64,000 bases of DNA. Source: Patescibacteria group bacterium. GTDB lineage: Bacteria > Patescibacteriota > Patescibacteriia > UBA1558 > GWA2-36-10. Location of the stretch: positions 8,047 through 72,046 of the forward strand of contig JAQUKX010000002.1 in assembly GCA_028718865.1 (NCBI GenBank), in the 5' to 3' direction. The position numbers and the translations under genes are program-made. Positions 40,940-50,303 of the stretch are shown here, piece by piece. The first letter of the stretch is position 1; each line of letters begins with the position of its first letter. The notes beneath the pieces were generated by a model. The model was given only the letters and a program-made list of their open reading frames with translations, searched no databases and had not been told where the DNA came from.

Positions 40940-42670
40940 CTATTTAAGAGGATAAACCTCTTTTTTCTTTTTCCTAAAATAAGTATGGCAAACTCTATGA
41001 ATATTTTTCTCTTGATTGAGAAATTCTTTGTAAATGGTCTTGACTACAGGATTTTGTTGAGCGCTTCTGATTTTGTGTTTTTTATCTATATTATACAAAC
41101 CTTGAGATCTTTTTTTTCTAATCTCATCATCAACCGGCACTGGTTGACCGCCACCACCTATACATCCTCCAAAGCAAGCCATTACTTCCACATAATCATA
41201 AGCTTGGGGATTTTTTTTGAGCTCAGCCAAAACTTTTTTGGCATTGACAATAGCATTGACTACAGCGACTCTGATAATTTTCTTACCGATTTTTATATTA
41301 GCTTTTTTAAATCCTTCTATGCCTCTAACTTTTTCAAATTCTACTTTGCCTAAATTTTTTCCAGTCAATTCATGATAAGCTGTGCGCAAAGCTGATTCCA
41401 TTACTCCACCCGAGGCGCCATAAATTACTCCCGCGCCAGTAGGCACTCCCAAAGTGGAGACCGCTTTGCTCTCTTTTATTTTTTTCAAATCGATTTTTTT
41501 GCTTCTCAGTAAAAAAGCTAATTCTCTGGTGGTCAAAACTTGATCTACTGGCCTAATTCCTTTGACTTTAAATTCCTGCCGAGCTATTTCATATTTTTTG
41601 GCTACGCAAGGCATAATAGAAACTACTATAACATCTTTGGGATTTAAGCCCTGCTTTTTTGCCCAATAATACTTGATCAATCCACCCATGATAATTTCTG
41701 GAGAACGGACAGTGGTCAAATAAGGCATTAATTCTGGCTGATAAAACTCTACGTATTTGACCCAAGCCGGACAACAAGAGGTAAACATGGGCAAGGGCTT
41801 GTTATTTTTTATTCTGTCAACCAATTCTCTAGCCTCTTCTATAGTAGTAACATCAGCCCCCAAGCTAACATCAAAGACATGCTTTACCCCCAATTTTTTA
41901 ATGGCCGCTATCAACTGTCCAGTCACCACAGTGCCTGGCTCTAAGCCAAATTCCTCGCCTATAGTGCTCCTAATAGAAGGAGCAAATTGAAAAACCACAG
42001 TTTTTTTCTTATCCAAAGTCCAGTTTTTGACGCTTTCAAATTCTCCTATTCCTTCAAAAGCTCCAACCGGACAATGGGTCAAACACTGGCCGCAATAAAT
42101 ACAATCTTTGTCTTTTTTGACTGATGGTACTACCTCATAAAAATTTTTCTTCTTTTTTAGCTCCAAAAAATCTACTCCCACCTTATGACAGGCTTCTACG
42201 CAAAGCCCGCAATCAATGCATTTGGAAGTATCAAATTCCAAAGCATTAGAAAAATAATGAGTAGGAAAGCCTTTTTTTCTATCAGGAAATTTAGCAATGT
42301 TCACTTTATATTTTTTGGCAAAATCCCTGACATTGCAATTCTGATTGTACAAACAATCACCGCACTCCAAACAATGCTGAGAAAAAATCAGTTCCAAATT
42401 TACTTGCTTGGCTTTGTTAATAGCCGGTGAAGAAGTGATAATCTTCATTCCTTCTTCAATAAGAGTGGAACAAGAGGTAAAAAGTCCTGAGCGACCCACG
42501 ATTTCTACCAGACAAAGTCGACAGCTCCCTTGAATTTTCAAATCAGGATGATAGCATAGGGCGCTGATTTTTATTTCATTTTTTCTAGCCAAAGACAAAA
42601 TAGTCTGACCTGCTTGACCCCTATATTTTTTGCCGTCAATAATAACTGAGATTTTATTTTTTTCTTTCAT
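40940..42670 (-). CDS. hydA: Group A [FeFe]-hydrogenase catalytic subunit
   Basis: 2Fe2S, His-ligated and 2x4Fe4S motifs; H-cluster motifs TSCCPAW, MPCVAKKYE, EVMACFGGCIGGGGQP. Confidence 0.95.
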   Translation of the reverse strand: MKEKNKISVIIDGKKYRGQAGQTILSLARKNEIKISALCYHPDLKIQGSCRLCLVEIVGRSGLFTSCSTLIEEGMKIITSSPAINKAKQVNLELIFSQHCLECGDCLYNQNCNVRDFAKKYKVNIAKFPDRKKGFPTHYFSNALEFDTSKCIDCGLCVEACHKVGVDFLELKKKKNFYEVVPSVKKDKDCIYCGQCLTHCPVGAFEGIGEFESVKNWTLDKKKTVVFQFAPSIRSTIGEEFGLEPGTVVTGQLIAAIKKLGVKHVFDVSLGADVTTIEEARELVDRIKNNKPLPMFTSCCPAWVKYVEFYQPELMPYLTTVRSPEIIMGGLIKYYWAKKQGLNPKDVIVVSIMPCVAKKYEIARQEFKVKGIRPVDQVLTTRELAFLLRSKKIDLKKIKESKAVSTLGVPTGAGVIYGASGGVMESALRTAYHELTGKNLGKVEFEKVRGIEGFKKANIKIGKKIIRVAVVNAIVNAKKVLAELKKNPQAYDYVEVMACFGGCIGGGGQPVPVDDEIRKKRSQGLYNIDKKHKIRSAQQNPVVKTIYKEFLNQEKNIHRVCHTYFRKKKKEVYPLK

Positions 42671-42678
42671 CTTAAAAA

Positions 42679-43659
42679 TTAAAGCAATTTTTTTATAGCT
42701 GATCTAAAAGGCAAAACCACCATTTTACCCAAAGCGCAAAAGCTGGTATTTTCTAAAACAAAAAATAAATCTTCCAAAGATTTTTTGTCTATTTTTTGAT
42801 CTCTAATCATTTCTCGCAGACGATAAGTTCCCTCTCGGCAAGGTGTGCACTTATCACAATTTTCTTTCATAAAAAAATTTATCCAGCCCAGCATCAGAGT
42901 CCAAGGATCGGTTTTTTCTTTGTCATAGATCACTATAGAGCCACTACCGGTGGCCTTTCTTTTTATTTCTTTGGGCAAAATAATTTCACCGCTAGCTCCC
43001 CCGCCTACTTGTAAAAAATAATCAAAAGTCGGAAAATTCCCCGTGCTTTTGAGGATTTTTTCCAAAGAATAATCAAGGGGCAGTTCAAACACGCCCTTAT
43101 GCAATGCTTTTCCCAAAATCGTATAAAAACGAGTTTTTTTATACTGGCCTTTAGCAATTTGGGCAACATGATAAAAAGTTTCTATATTATTTATCAAAGT
43201 TGGCCGGCCATGGATGCCTACTTGCACTGGATAAGGCGGTTTGATTCTGGGACGCTGAATTTTATTTTCTATTTCCTGACAAAGAGTAGTTTCCTCACCA
43301 GAAAGATAACCCCCTTTTTCCCGAAAAACAGTGATTGGCAAATTGCCGATTATTTTTTCCAAATGCTTTTTATATTTTTTATAATAATCCTTACGTAGAT
43401 AAATAAAAGCTTGGCTATTTTTTGGTGATAATTCTAAAGCTAACTTTAAACCAGCTATTAAATCGGCCGGATAATTTTTTACAATATAGCTATCTTTTAA
43501 AGTGGCCGGCTCGCCTTCTGAGCCATTGGCTACAATATATTTTTTATCCGAATTAGCATCCAAAAAAGCCTGCCATTTGAGATAAGTAGGAAAATCCGCT
43601 CCACCGCGACCCTTTAAGCCGCTGGTTTTTAATTTGGCAATAATATTTTTATTTTTCAT
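42679..43659 (-). CDS. Short NuoF/HydB-like FMN/NAD(H)-binding subunit
   Basis: SGLKGRGGADFPT, NGSEGEP, YLSGEET, ENCDKCTPCREG, SFCALG. Confidence 0.92.
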   Translation of the reverse strand: MKNKNIIAKLKTSGLKGRGGADFPTYLKWQAFLDANSDKKYIVANGSEGEPATLKDSYIVKNYPADLIAGLKLALELSPKNSQAFIYLRKDYYKKYKKHLEKIIGNLPITVFREKGGYLSGEETTLCQEIENKIQRPRIKPPYPVQVGIHGRPTLINNIETFYHVAQIAKGQYKKTRFYTILGKALHKGVFELPLDYSLEKILKSTGNFPTFDYFLQVGGGASGEIILPKEIKRKATGSGSIVIYDKEKTDPWTLMLGWINFFMKENCDKCTPCREGTYRLREMIRDQKIDKKSLEDLFFVLENTSFCALGKMVVLPFRSAIKKLL

Positions 43660-43764
43660 TTTCAGTTTTTATTATACAATATTTTCTATTTTTTTCCTAA
43701 CTTAAAAGCAACCCGACGGGTTGATTTATAAAATAGTTAAATAACCAAAAACCAACCCGACGAG

Positions 43765-45525
43765 TTAAGCAATAAATCCGCCGACTTGTTTTTCCCAAAG
43801 CTTTTTATACAAACCGCCTTTTTTGTTTATTAATTCCTGATGATTACCCTGTTCAACTATCTGGCCACTGTCTAAAACTACAATCCTATCCATTTTCATA
43901 ATAGTGGAAAGTCGATGAGCAATTACAATCACCGTTTTATTTTTCATTAAATTGGCGAGCGCATCTTGAATCAGACCCTCAGATTCAGAGTCTAGACTAG
44001 AAGTAGCTTCATCTAAAACCAAAATCGGCGCATTTTTGAGAATTGCTCTAGCAATGGCTACCCGCTGTCTTTCACCGCCAGAAAGCTTCACTCCCCGCTC
44101 ACCCACATAGGTATTATAAAGATCCGAAAATTCTAAAATAAAATCATGAGCATTCGCCAACTTAGCTGCTTTTATCACTTCTTCATCTGTTGCTTCTGGT
44201 CGTCCGTATTTGATATTTTCCTTTAAAGTACGGTGAAATAAAATAGGATCCTGATTAACCAAAGCAATGTTGGCCCAAAGACTTTCTTGCTTGACTTTAT
44301 TTATAGGCTGACCATCAAGTAATATTTTTCCTTTAGTTAAATCATAATTTCTTAAAAGTAAATTAACCAAAGTGGATTTACCAGAACCAGAAGCACCTAC
44401 TATCGCTACTTTTTCCTTTGGCAAAACTCTTAAATTAAAATCCTTAATGACCATCCTAGTTTTATTGTAGCTAAAATCTACTCCTTTAAACTCTATTTCT
44501 CCCTTACTTATTTGGAGCTCTTTGGCTTTTTTGCTATCAACTATTTCATGAGCAGTAGTCAAAACTTCAGTCATTTCATTGGCATCGGCCATATATTCAT
44601 AATAACGGCGAATAATACGACCAAAATGCCACATTCGCATAAAGACGTTTATGACATAAACCTGGATAAGGACAAAATCGCCCAAAGTAATAACTCCTTT
44701 TTGCCACAAAGATATAGCCAGATAAAAAATACCCACTTCCAAAAATACCGTCAGAAAACCCTGAACAGCTTCAAAAATATTATCCAGCTTCCAGGTAAAA
44801 AGTCGCAATTTTTGCAAATTAGAATTAACGCCACCAAAATATTTTATTTCCCGCTGATAGCCATTGAATAATTTTACATTAAGCTGGTTGCTGATAGTGT
44901 CAGCCAAGACGCCGGTCAAGCGGGAATTGGCTTCTGCTCTCTTCAAGTCAAACTTGAGCTTGTATATACTAAAAGCATAAGTAATAGCAATGTATAAAAT
45001 CAGCCAAGCCAAAATGCCCAAGCCCAAAAATAAATCCCGCTGACTCAAAATAATAATAATCAAAGAAATATTGACCAATAGGGGAATTACATCCCAAATA
45101 AGCAGATCACTAATACCGACAAAAGAATGAGTAAAACGATTGACTCTCTTGACTAAAGTGCCGACAAAACTATTGTTGAAAAAAGAAATAGAGTGCTTGT
45201 GCAAATAAGCAAAACACTGATCATAAATATCTTTGACGGCCATAGACTGAAAATAAGCTGCGGCAAAAGTAGCTAGCCGCCAAAAAAGCCAGCTAATAAG
45301 ATAAACAATGAGGATTTTCAACAAAATAAATTTGAGCTGGCTAGCGGGGTCGTCTATGGTCTGCCAATCAGCTAAAACATTGAAAAAGTCCCGATAAAAC
45401 AAAGGGGTAATAATGTTTCCCAAAGGAGCGATTATTACTGAAAATAAAACTAAAAAAACCGAGCGCTTGTATTTTTTGAGGCTCTGATAATAAATCTTAA
45501 ATGTTTCTTTACTGTAATTGGTCAT
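43765..45525 (-). CDS. ABC exporter, fused permease/ATPase
   Basis: TM domain + GASGSGKST, LSGGERQR, LDEATSSLD; likely start MTNYSKE. Confidence 0.93.
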   Translation of the reverse strand: MTNYSKETFKIYYQSLKKYKRSVFLVLFSVIIAPLGNIITPLFYRDFFNVLADWQTIDDPASQLKFILLKILIVYLISWLFWRLATFAAAYFQSMAVKDIYDQCFAYLHKHSISFFNNSFVGTLVKRVNRFTHSFVGISDLLIWDVIPLLVNISLIIIILSQRDLFLGLGILAWLILYIAITYAFSIYKLKFDLKRAEANSRLTGVLADTISNQLNVKLFNGYQREIKYFGGVNSNLQKLRLFTWKLDNIFEAVQGFLTVFLEVGIFYLAISLWQKGVITLGDFVLIQVYVINVFMRMWHFGRIIRRYYEYMADANEMTEVLTTAHEIVDSKKAKELQISKGEIEFKGVDFSYNKTRMVIKDFNLRVLPKEKVAIVGASGSGKSTLVNLLLRNYDLTKGKILLDGQPINKVKQESLWANIALVNQDPILFHRTLKENIKYGRPEATDEEVIKAAKLANAHDFILEFSDLYNTYVGERGVKLSGGERQRVAIARAILKNAPILVLDEATSSLDSESEGLIQDALANLMKNKTVIVIAHRLSTIMKMDRIVVLDSGQIVEQGNHQELINKKGGLYKKLWEKQVGGFIA

Positions 45526-45560
45526 AAAGATAGCGCTATTATAGCATAAAAAAAGATAAT

Positions 45561-45679
45561 TGGCTCTGCCATGAACCATGACGGTTTATGGCTCTGCTAT
45601 AAACCATGGCGGTTTATGGCTCTGCTATAAACCATGGCGGTTTATGGCTCTGCTATAAACCATGGCGGTTTATGGCTCC
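45561..45679. repeat. Tandem repeat, 4 x 28 bp plus a partial unit, each with an internal palindrome
   Basis: Unit TGGCTCTGCTATAAACCATGGCGGTTTA at 45561 (3 mismatches), 45589, 45617 and 45645, then TGGCTCC at 45673. Confidence 0.95.
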
Positions 45680-45798
45680 GAGCTGTGCGAGAACTTAGAA
45701 CCGTTATTTTAAGCGGCTATAAGTCCTACGAAATGGAAGCGGCCGTCAAAATGCTCCGCCGGGAGTCGCCGTTCGATTGGATTGAGTAAATTTCGATG

Positions 45799-46335
45799 TT
45801 ATTTCTTGCCTAATAAATATTTCACAAAAGTAGCGATGCCAACAAGCAAAAAGATGACTACTAAAACATAAATCGCAATCATCCAGCCGCCCCTGTAGCT
45901 AAAACCATACATCATATTACTTCCCCAGCCTGAACCCATCATGCCATTACCATATAGGCCAAACTGATTATTTTGATTACTGCCCCAATTCATCATTCTT
46001 GGCCCGTAATTGCCAGTCATCATTCCCATCATACCCATGCCGATAGCGTCTCCGCAATACCAGCGTCTGGCCATTAAAATATGCGCCTGCCTCAAACTCT
46101 CTGAACCTTCTCCGCCCATCATTTGATCCATTGCTTCATGACCCTGATCTGGTGCCATAAGTTCTATGTAGTAATCGCCAATTTTTTCCAACTGACCGTC
46201 GCTCAGCTGGGAACATTCTGTTTTTTGCTCAATCAAGCTTTGAGCTTCTTCATGGTCTGAAACGTTTGCGGCCAAAACCGGCAAAGATACAATCAGCGAA
46301 AAAAAAGCTAAGCTCAGAATAATTTTTTTCATCAT
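45799..46335 (-). CDS. Met/Gly/His-rich exported membrane protein, probably copper-associated
   Basis: HEAMDQMMGG...HILM, GMGMMGMM; downstream of the Cu ATPase. Confidence 0.7.
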   Translation of the reverse strand: MMKKIILSLAFFSLIVSLPVLAANVSDHEEAQSLIEQKTECSQLSDGQLEKIGDYYIELMAPDQGHEAMDQMMGGEGSESLRQAHILMARRWYCGDAIGMGMMGMMTGNYGPRMMNWGSNQNNQFGLYGNGMMGSGWGSNMMYGFSYRGGWMIAIYVLVVIFLLVGIATFVKYLLGKK

Positions 46336-46357
46336 AAATTTATAGATTAATTGTTAA

Positions 46358-46618
46358 TTATTTTTTAATACTAATTTTAGAAACCGCCTGCCAAAGACCG
46401 ACAAAAATGTATCCCCAGACATAAGACTGGATAGCGCCTAATATGAATCCGCCTAAATTCATTCCCGAAAAACCCAAAAACGTCAGCCTGAATAATTGCT
46501 CGTGCAGTTCTCTTTCGGTTGATCTTAAATAAAACCATAAGAAGCAAAGGATAAATAAAACGACAAAGAATAAACCCAGACGATTGGCTTGTTGTAGATA
46601 ATTTGTTTTGTTTTCCAT
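46358..46618 (-). CDS. Small membrane protein (DUF5676-like)
   Basis: Two TMs, in the Cu-ATPase operon. Confidence 0.6.
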   Translation of the reverse strand: MENKTNYLQQANRLGLFFVVLFILCFLWFYLRSTERELHEQLFRLTFLGFSGMNLGGFILGAIQSYVWGYIFVGLWQAVSKISIKK

Positions 46619-46645
46619 AAATTTTGATGGTTAAATATTAGTTAA

Positions 46646-48691
46646 TTATTTTTTGACCTTTAATAATTTAGCGTTGACAGCCACCACGACCGTGCTTAAG
46701 GACATTAAAACCGCGCCAACGGCCGGGGAAAGCAAAATACCGTAAACCGCCAGAACGCCGGCGGCCAAAGGAATGGCAAAAATGTTGTAGCCGGTAGCCC
46801 ATGCTAAATTCTGAACCATTTTTTTGTAAGTGGCCTTGCCGAATAGAATGAGCGATGTAATATCTTTGGGATTGCTATTGACTAAAATAATATCAGCGGT
46901 TTCGGCGGCCACATCAGTTCCCGACCCGATGGCAATGCCCACGTTAGCTTGTGCCAAGGCCGGGGCGTCGTTAATTCCGTCGCCGACCATAGCCACAAAC
47001 TCGCCCTTGCTCTGCAATTCTTTGATTTTATCCTGTTTTTGATTAGGTAATACTCCAGCAAAATACCCATCGAGGCCGAGGGCGTCAGATACGCTTTTAG
47101 CGGAATTTTCATTGTCGCCGGTCAACATCCAAATCTTTATTCCCTCCTGTTTAAGAATTTTTACGGCCTTAAAAGATTCCTCGCGGATCGTATCGGTTAG
47201 ATTAACAGCGCCAGCCAAGTTGTTTTTATCCTGATCGTGGACAATCAAAAATACGGTTGTGCCTTCAGCGTTTTTAAGATCGTCAGGGATCGTCAAACCA
47301 AGCTCTTTTACATAACCGGGACTGGCGATTGAAATTTTTTTGTTTTCAATTACGCCTTCCGTGCCCTTGCCTTTGATAGCTTTAAACTTTTCTACTTCCG
47401 GCAAAGCGATGTTTCTATTTTTGGCTTCTTTTACAATTGCTTTGGCGATCGGGTGTTCTGAATTTTTATCCAAACCGGCAAACAGCCGCAGTATTTCGGC
47501 CTCTGAATATTCAGCACCAAATGAAAAAACATTTTTTACTCCAAAAGTTCCTTTGGTTAAAGTTCCCGTCTTATCAAAAACAATCGTGGAAATTTTCCGG
47601 GCATTTTCAAAAGCGGTGCGGTTTCTGATCAAAAGTCCGTTTTGAGCAGAGAGCGTAGTGGAAATAGCCGCGACCAAAGGAATGGCCAAACCCAAGGCGT
47701 GCGGACAAGCGATTACCAAGACCGTGGCGGTTCTTTCTATGGCAAAAGCTATATCTCGACCGGCTATAAGCCAGCTGATAAAAGTAATGACACCGACTGA
47801 AATAGCGACAATTGTCAGCCAAAAAGCGGCTTTGTCGGCTAAAGCCTGCGTTTTGGATTTTGATGCTTGGGCTTGTTTTACCAGATTAACGACTTTAGAA
47901 AGATAAGAATTTTCTCCCACGCCCTTGACTTGTATTTGAAGCGACCCATCTTCGTTAACCGAGCCGCCGATCACTTTATTTCCTTTTGTCTTTGAAACCG
48001 GTTTAGCCTCACCGGTTAACATTGATTCGTTAACGAAACTTTCGCCACCAATAATAATGCCGTCAGTCGGAATCTTCTCGCCGGGCTTGACCAAAATAAC
48101 ATCGCCGTCTTTTAATTGGCTGGTGGCAACATCCTGCGTCTCATTGCCTTTTAATAAATGAGCATTGTCAGGAATAAGAGCAGAAAGTTTTTCCAAGGCC
48201 ATGGACGCACCCATTACAGACTTCATCTCAATCCAGTGACCTAAAAGCATGATATCTATTAAAGTCACCAGCTCCCAGAAAAACACTTTACCGGCTAAAC
48301 CGAATACTACCGCCGAACTGTAAACATACGCCACGGCGATTGCCAGACTGATAAGTGTCATCATACCAATCGCCCGATTTTTAAATTCATTTTTCGCTCC
48401 GGCCAGGAATGGCCAACCGCCGTAGAAAAAGACAAACGAGGAGAGCAAAAACAGCAAATATTTATCTCCGGGAAAAGTCAGAGAAAATTTTAGAAATTGT
48501 TGCACTAACGGGGAAAGCGCCAGTACTGGAAAAGTCAAAACAAGAGACGCATAAAATCTCTTTTTAAACATTCCTATGGAATGTCCGGCATGCTTATTGT
48601 GGCCTTCATGTTCCGAGCGGTTTTGGTGCTCGTCGTGATCCGTTTGCGAATGACCGTGATGATTGTGTTGATTGTGATTTTTGTGATCCAT
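46646..48691 (-). CDS. copB: Copper-translocating P1B-3 ATPase
   Basis: His-rich N-terminus, CPH in the TM, DKTGTLT, SEHP, GDGINDAPAL, YN and MSLS. Confidence 0.93.
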   Translation of the reverse strand: MDHKNHNQHNHHGHSQTDHDEHQNRSEHEGHNKHAGHSIGMFKKRFYASLVLTFPVLALSPLVQQFLKFSLTFPGDKYLLFLLSSFVFFYGGWPFLAGAKNEFKNRAIGMMTLISLAIAVAYVYSSAVVFGLAGKVFFWELVTLIDIMLLGHWIEMKSVMGASMALEKLSALIPDNAHLLKGNETQDVATSQLKDGDVILVKPGEKIPTDGIIIGGESFVNESMLTGEAKPVSKTKGNKVIGGSVNEDGSLQIQVKGVGENSYLSKVVNLVKQAQASKSKTQALADKAAFWLTIVAISVGVITFISWLIAGRDIAFAIERTATVLVIACPHALGLAIPLVAAISTTLSAQNGLLIRNRTAFENARKISTIVFDKTGTLTKGTFGVKNVFSFGAEYSEAEILRLFAGLDKNSEHPIAKAIVKEAKNRNIALPEVEKFKAIKGKGTEGVIENKKISIASPGYVKELGLTIPDDLKNAEGTTVFLIVHDQDKNNLAGAVNLTDTIREESFKAVKILKQEGIKIWMLTGDNENSAKSVSDALGLDGYFAGVLPNQKQDKIKELQSKGEFVAMVGDGINDAPALAQANVGIAIGSGTDVAAETADIILVNSNPKDITSLILFGKATYKKMVQNLAWATGYNIFAIPLAAGVLAVYGILLSPAVGAVLMSLSTVVVAVNAKLLKVKK

Positions 48692-48732
48692 ACTATTTAT
48701 ATTTTATCAAAATTTATAAAAAAGGCATACGT

Positions 48733-48807
48733 GCGGCTGTCAAAATGCTTAGGGGAGAAGAACCGTACAACGAGGAAGCTATGAAATGGATGGAACGGAC
48801 AAAATAA
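48733..48807 (+). repeat. Island internal direct repeat, copy 2
   Basis: GCGGCTGTCAAAATGCTTAGGGGAGAAGAACCGTACAACGAGGAAGC..., homologous to 53143-53220 and 45739-45765. Confidence 0.85.
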
Positions 48808-48823
48808 TAAAAAACAATACGAT

Positions 48824-49360
48824 TTACTCAATACAACAATCAATCGCTTTTTTCACCAATGTACCCAGCTTGCCCATAAATCCTTTCTTTTCCTCGTCCT
48901 GTTTGTTCAAAGCGTTTTCGTCTATTTTCTTGATATCGCCGACATTGAGCAATTTCATATTCAGCCCCCAAAACAGCGAGTAGAGATTATAGGCCTTGCC
49001 AAATAGGTCATAGGCCTCCTCCTTCCTGTCCATGCCAAGCTGTTTGGTGCCGACTTCCATCAGGCGGTAACTGGCCGCCAGCAAATGCTTGGAAATGCAC
49101 CAGACCTCTCCCTCGTATTCCTTGATGATCTTTTTAAGAAGTTCTTTTCGCATTTCGCGCACATCCTTGATCATGTCGTAGTATTCAGTTTTGCCAAGCT
49201 TCGCTCCGGTGAAGAAGAAATGCTCCTCAATGCTCACCAGATTCATGATGGCGATGCTCAAGTCCTGATCCGAAGACAAGTCCATCTTGTCCTGCTTTTT
49301 CATCTGGTCGACTTTTTCAATAAATTCGTTTAGATTTTTAATCGGGTTTTGGCTGCTCAT
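48824..49360 (-). CDS. Hypothetical protein of the ars/thiol-redox cluster
   Basis: 178 aa; SIEEHFFF, WCISKHLL, C-terminal DCCIE. Confidence 0.75.
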   Translation of the reverse strand: MSSQNPIKNLNEFIEKVDQMKKQDKMDLSSDQDLSIAIMNLVSIEEHFFFTGAKLGKTEYYDMIKDVREMRKELLKKIIKEYEGEVWCISKHLLAASYRLMEVGTKQLGMDRKEEAYDLFGKAYNLYSLFWGLNMKLLNVGDIKKIDENALNKQDEEKKGFMGKLGTLVKKAIDCCIE

Positions 49361-49372
49361 ATAGTTGGTTGG

Positions 49373-49888
49373 TTATTTTGTTAAGAAATAAAAGATCAGA
49401 CTCATGACGATAAGCGGGCTGACCGGCATGACGACTTTTTGAAATGGGAAGTAAGCATGGCCGCCGTTTTTCTCTTTTAAGTGATAATACCAACTTGCTC
49501 CGAACCAAAACGCGATACTTCCAACAATGATGCCGACAATCAGTTTATCAAGTCCGCAGGCGCAGATGGTGTTGAGCGGATTACCCATGATGCCCATGAA
49601 ATAAAGCGGCACGACGATCAGGAGATAGTAACCGGAAATCGTTGCCAGGGCCCGGCCGCGGAAGCGGATGTTTTTCTTGTCAAACCACGAAAGCGTCCAC
49701 GTAATCATGGATACCGTCAGGCCGCCAATCCATAGACCGGTGATGGAATCATCTATGCCTAACCATCGGGATAATCCAACACCAGCTCCCACGGCAATAG
49801 TGCAGATCGGACAGACCGCCAGAGCTTGCTTGGCAAAAAGGAGGCTTACCGCCATGACCGTCAGCGAAAATAAAATAACTTTTTTCAT
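49373..49888 (-). CDS. Membrane protein with a CPIC motif
   Basis: Signal-like N-terminus MKKVILF, AVCPICTIAVG, about 4 TM. Confidence 0.75.
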   Translation of the reverse strand: MKKVILFSLTVMAVSLLFAKQALAVCPICTIAVGAGVGLSRWLGIDDSITGLWIGGLTVSMITWTLSWFDKKNIRFRGRALATISGYYLLIVVPLYFMGIMGNPLNTICACGLDKLIVGIIVGSIAFWFGASWYYHLKEKNGGHAYFPFQKVVMPVSPLIVMSLIFYFLTK

Positions 49889-49889
49889 A

Positions 49890-50303
49890 TTATTGTCCGT
49901 TGGTTTTTGTTTTAAAAAATTCAATAATGTCTTGATCGCCCACAAGACACTTTGAGCCGTCCCAGAGGAACGGAACGCCAATGGAGTCGGTTGGCATGCC
50001 GCACGCTCTCGCTTTGGCAACCAGCTCGTCAGCGTTATGTTTGTTGTAATATACTTCTTTTTTGGCAAAAGAAACTTTCGCCTCTACGCCGTTTTGATTG
50101 ACGTATTCCTCGACAATGGCGCAATGCGGACATCCGTCGCCGTAAAACAAAATGATGCCATCAGAAACGACTGCCGACTGATTCTCAGTATTTTCAACCG
50201 TGGCTACGGGAACGTCTGATGGTCTTTTGTTCAACAAAGCCACTATCGCAAAAACAGCAACGATTATGAATAAGATTGTCGGAGCGATGATTTTTTTGTT
50301 CAT
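49890..50303 (-). CDS. Membrane-anchored glutaredoxin/thioredoxin-like protein
   Basis: FYGDGCPHC, GVPFL, VGD. Confidence 0.85.
   Translation of the reverse strand: MNKKIIAPTILFIIVAVFAIVALLNKRPSDVPVATVENTENQSAVVSDGIILFYGDGCPHCAIVEEYVNQNGVEAKVSFAKKEVYYNKHNADELVAKARACGMPTDSIGVPFLWDGSKCLVGDQDIIEFFKTKTNGQ

Noticed and set aside
43709-43766. Two short CAACCCGACG(G/A)GTT palindromes upstream of the hydrogenase operon
   Set aside because: Could be operators, REP remnants or a terminator; too short to assign.
45561-45679. Possible CRISPR array (28-bp palindromic repeat)
   Set aside because: Units are directly adjacent with no spacers, and no cas genes are in the window.
49889-50068. N-terminal extension of the 49373-50068 ORF
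   Set aside because: Overlaps the glutaredoxin-like gene; the signal-like start at 49888 fits better.
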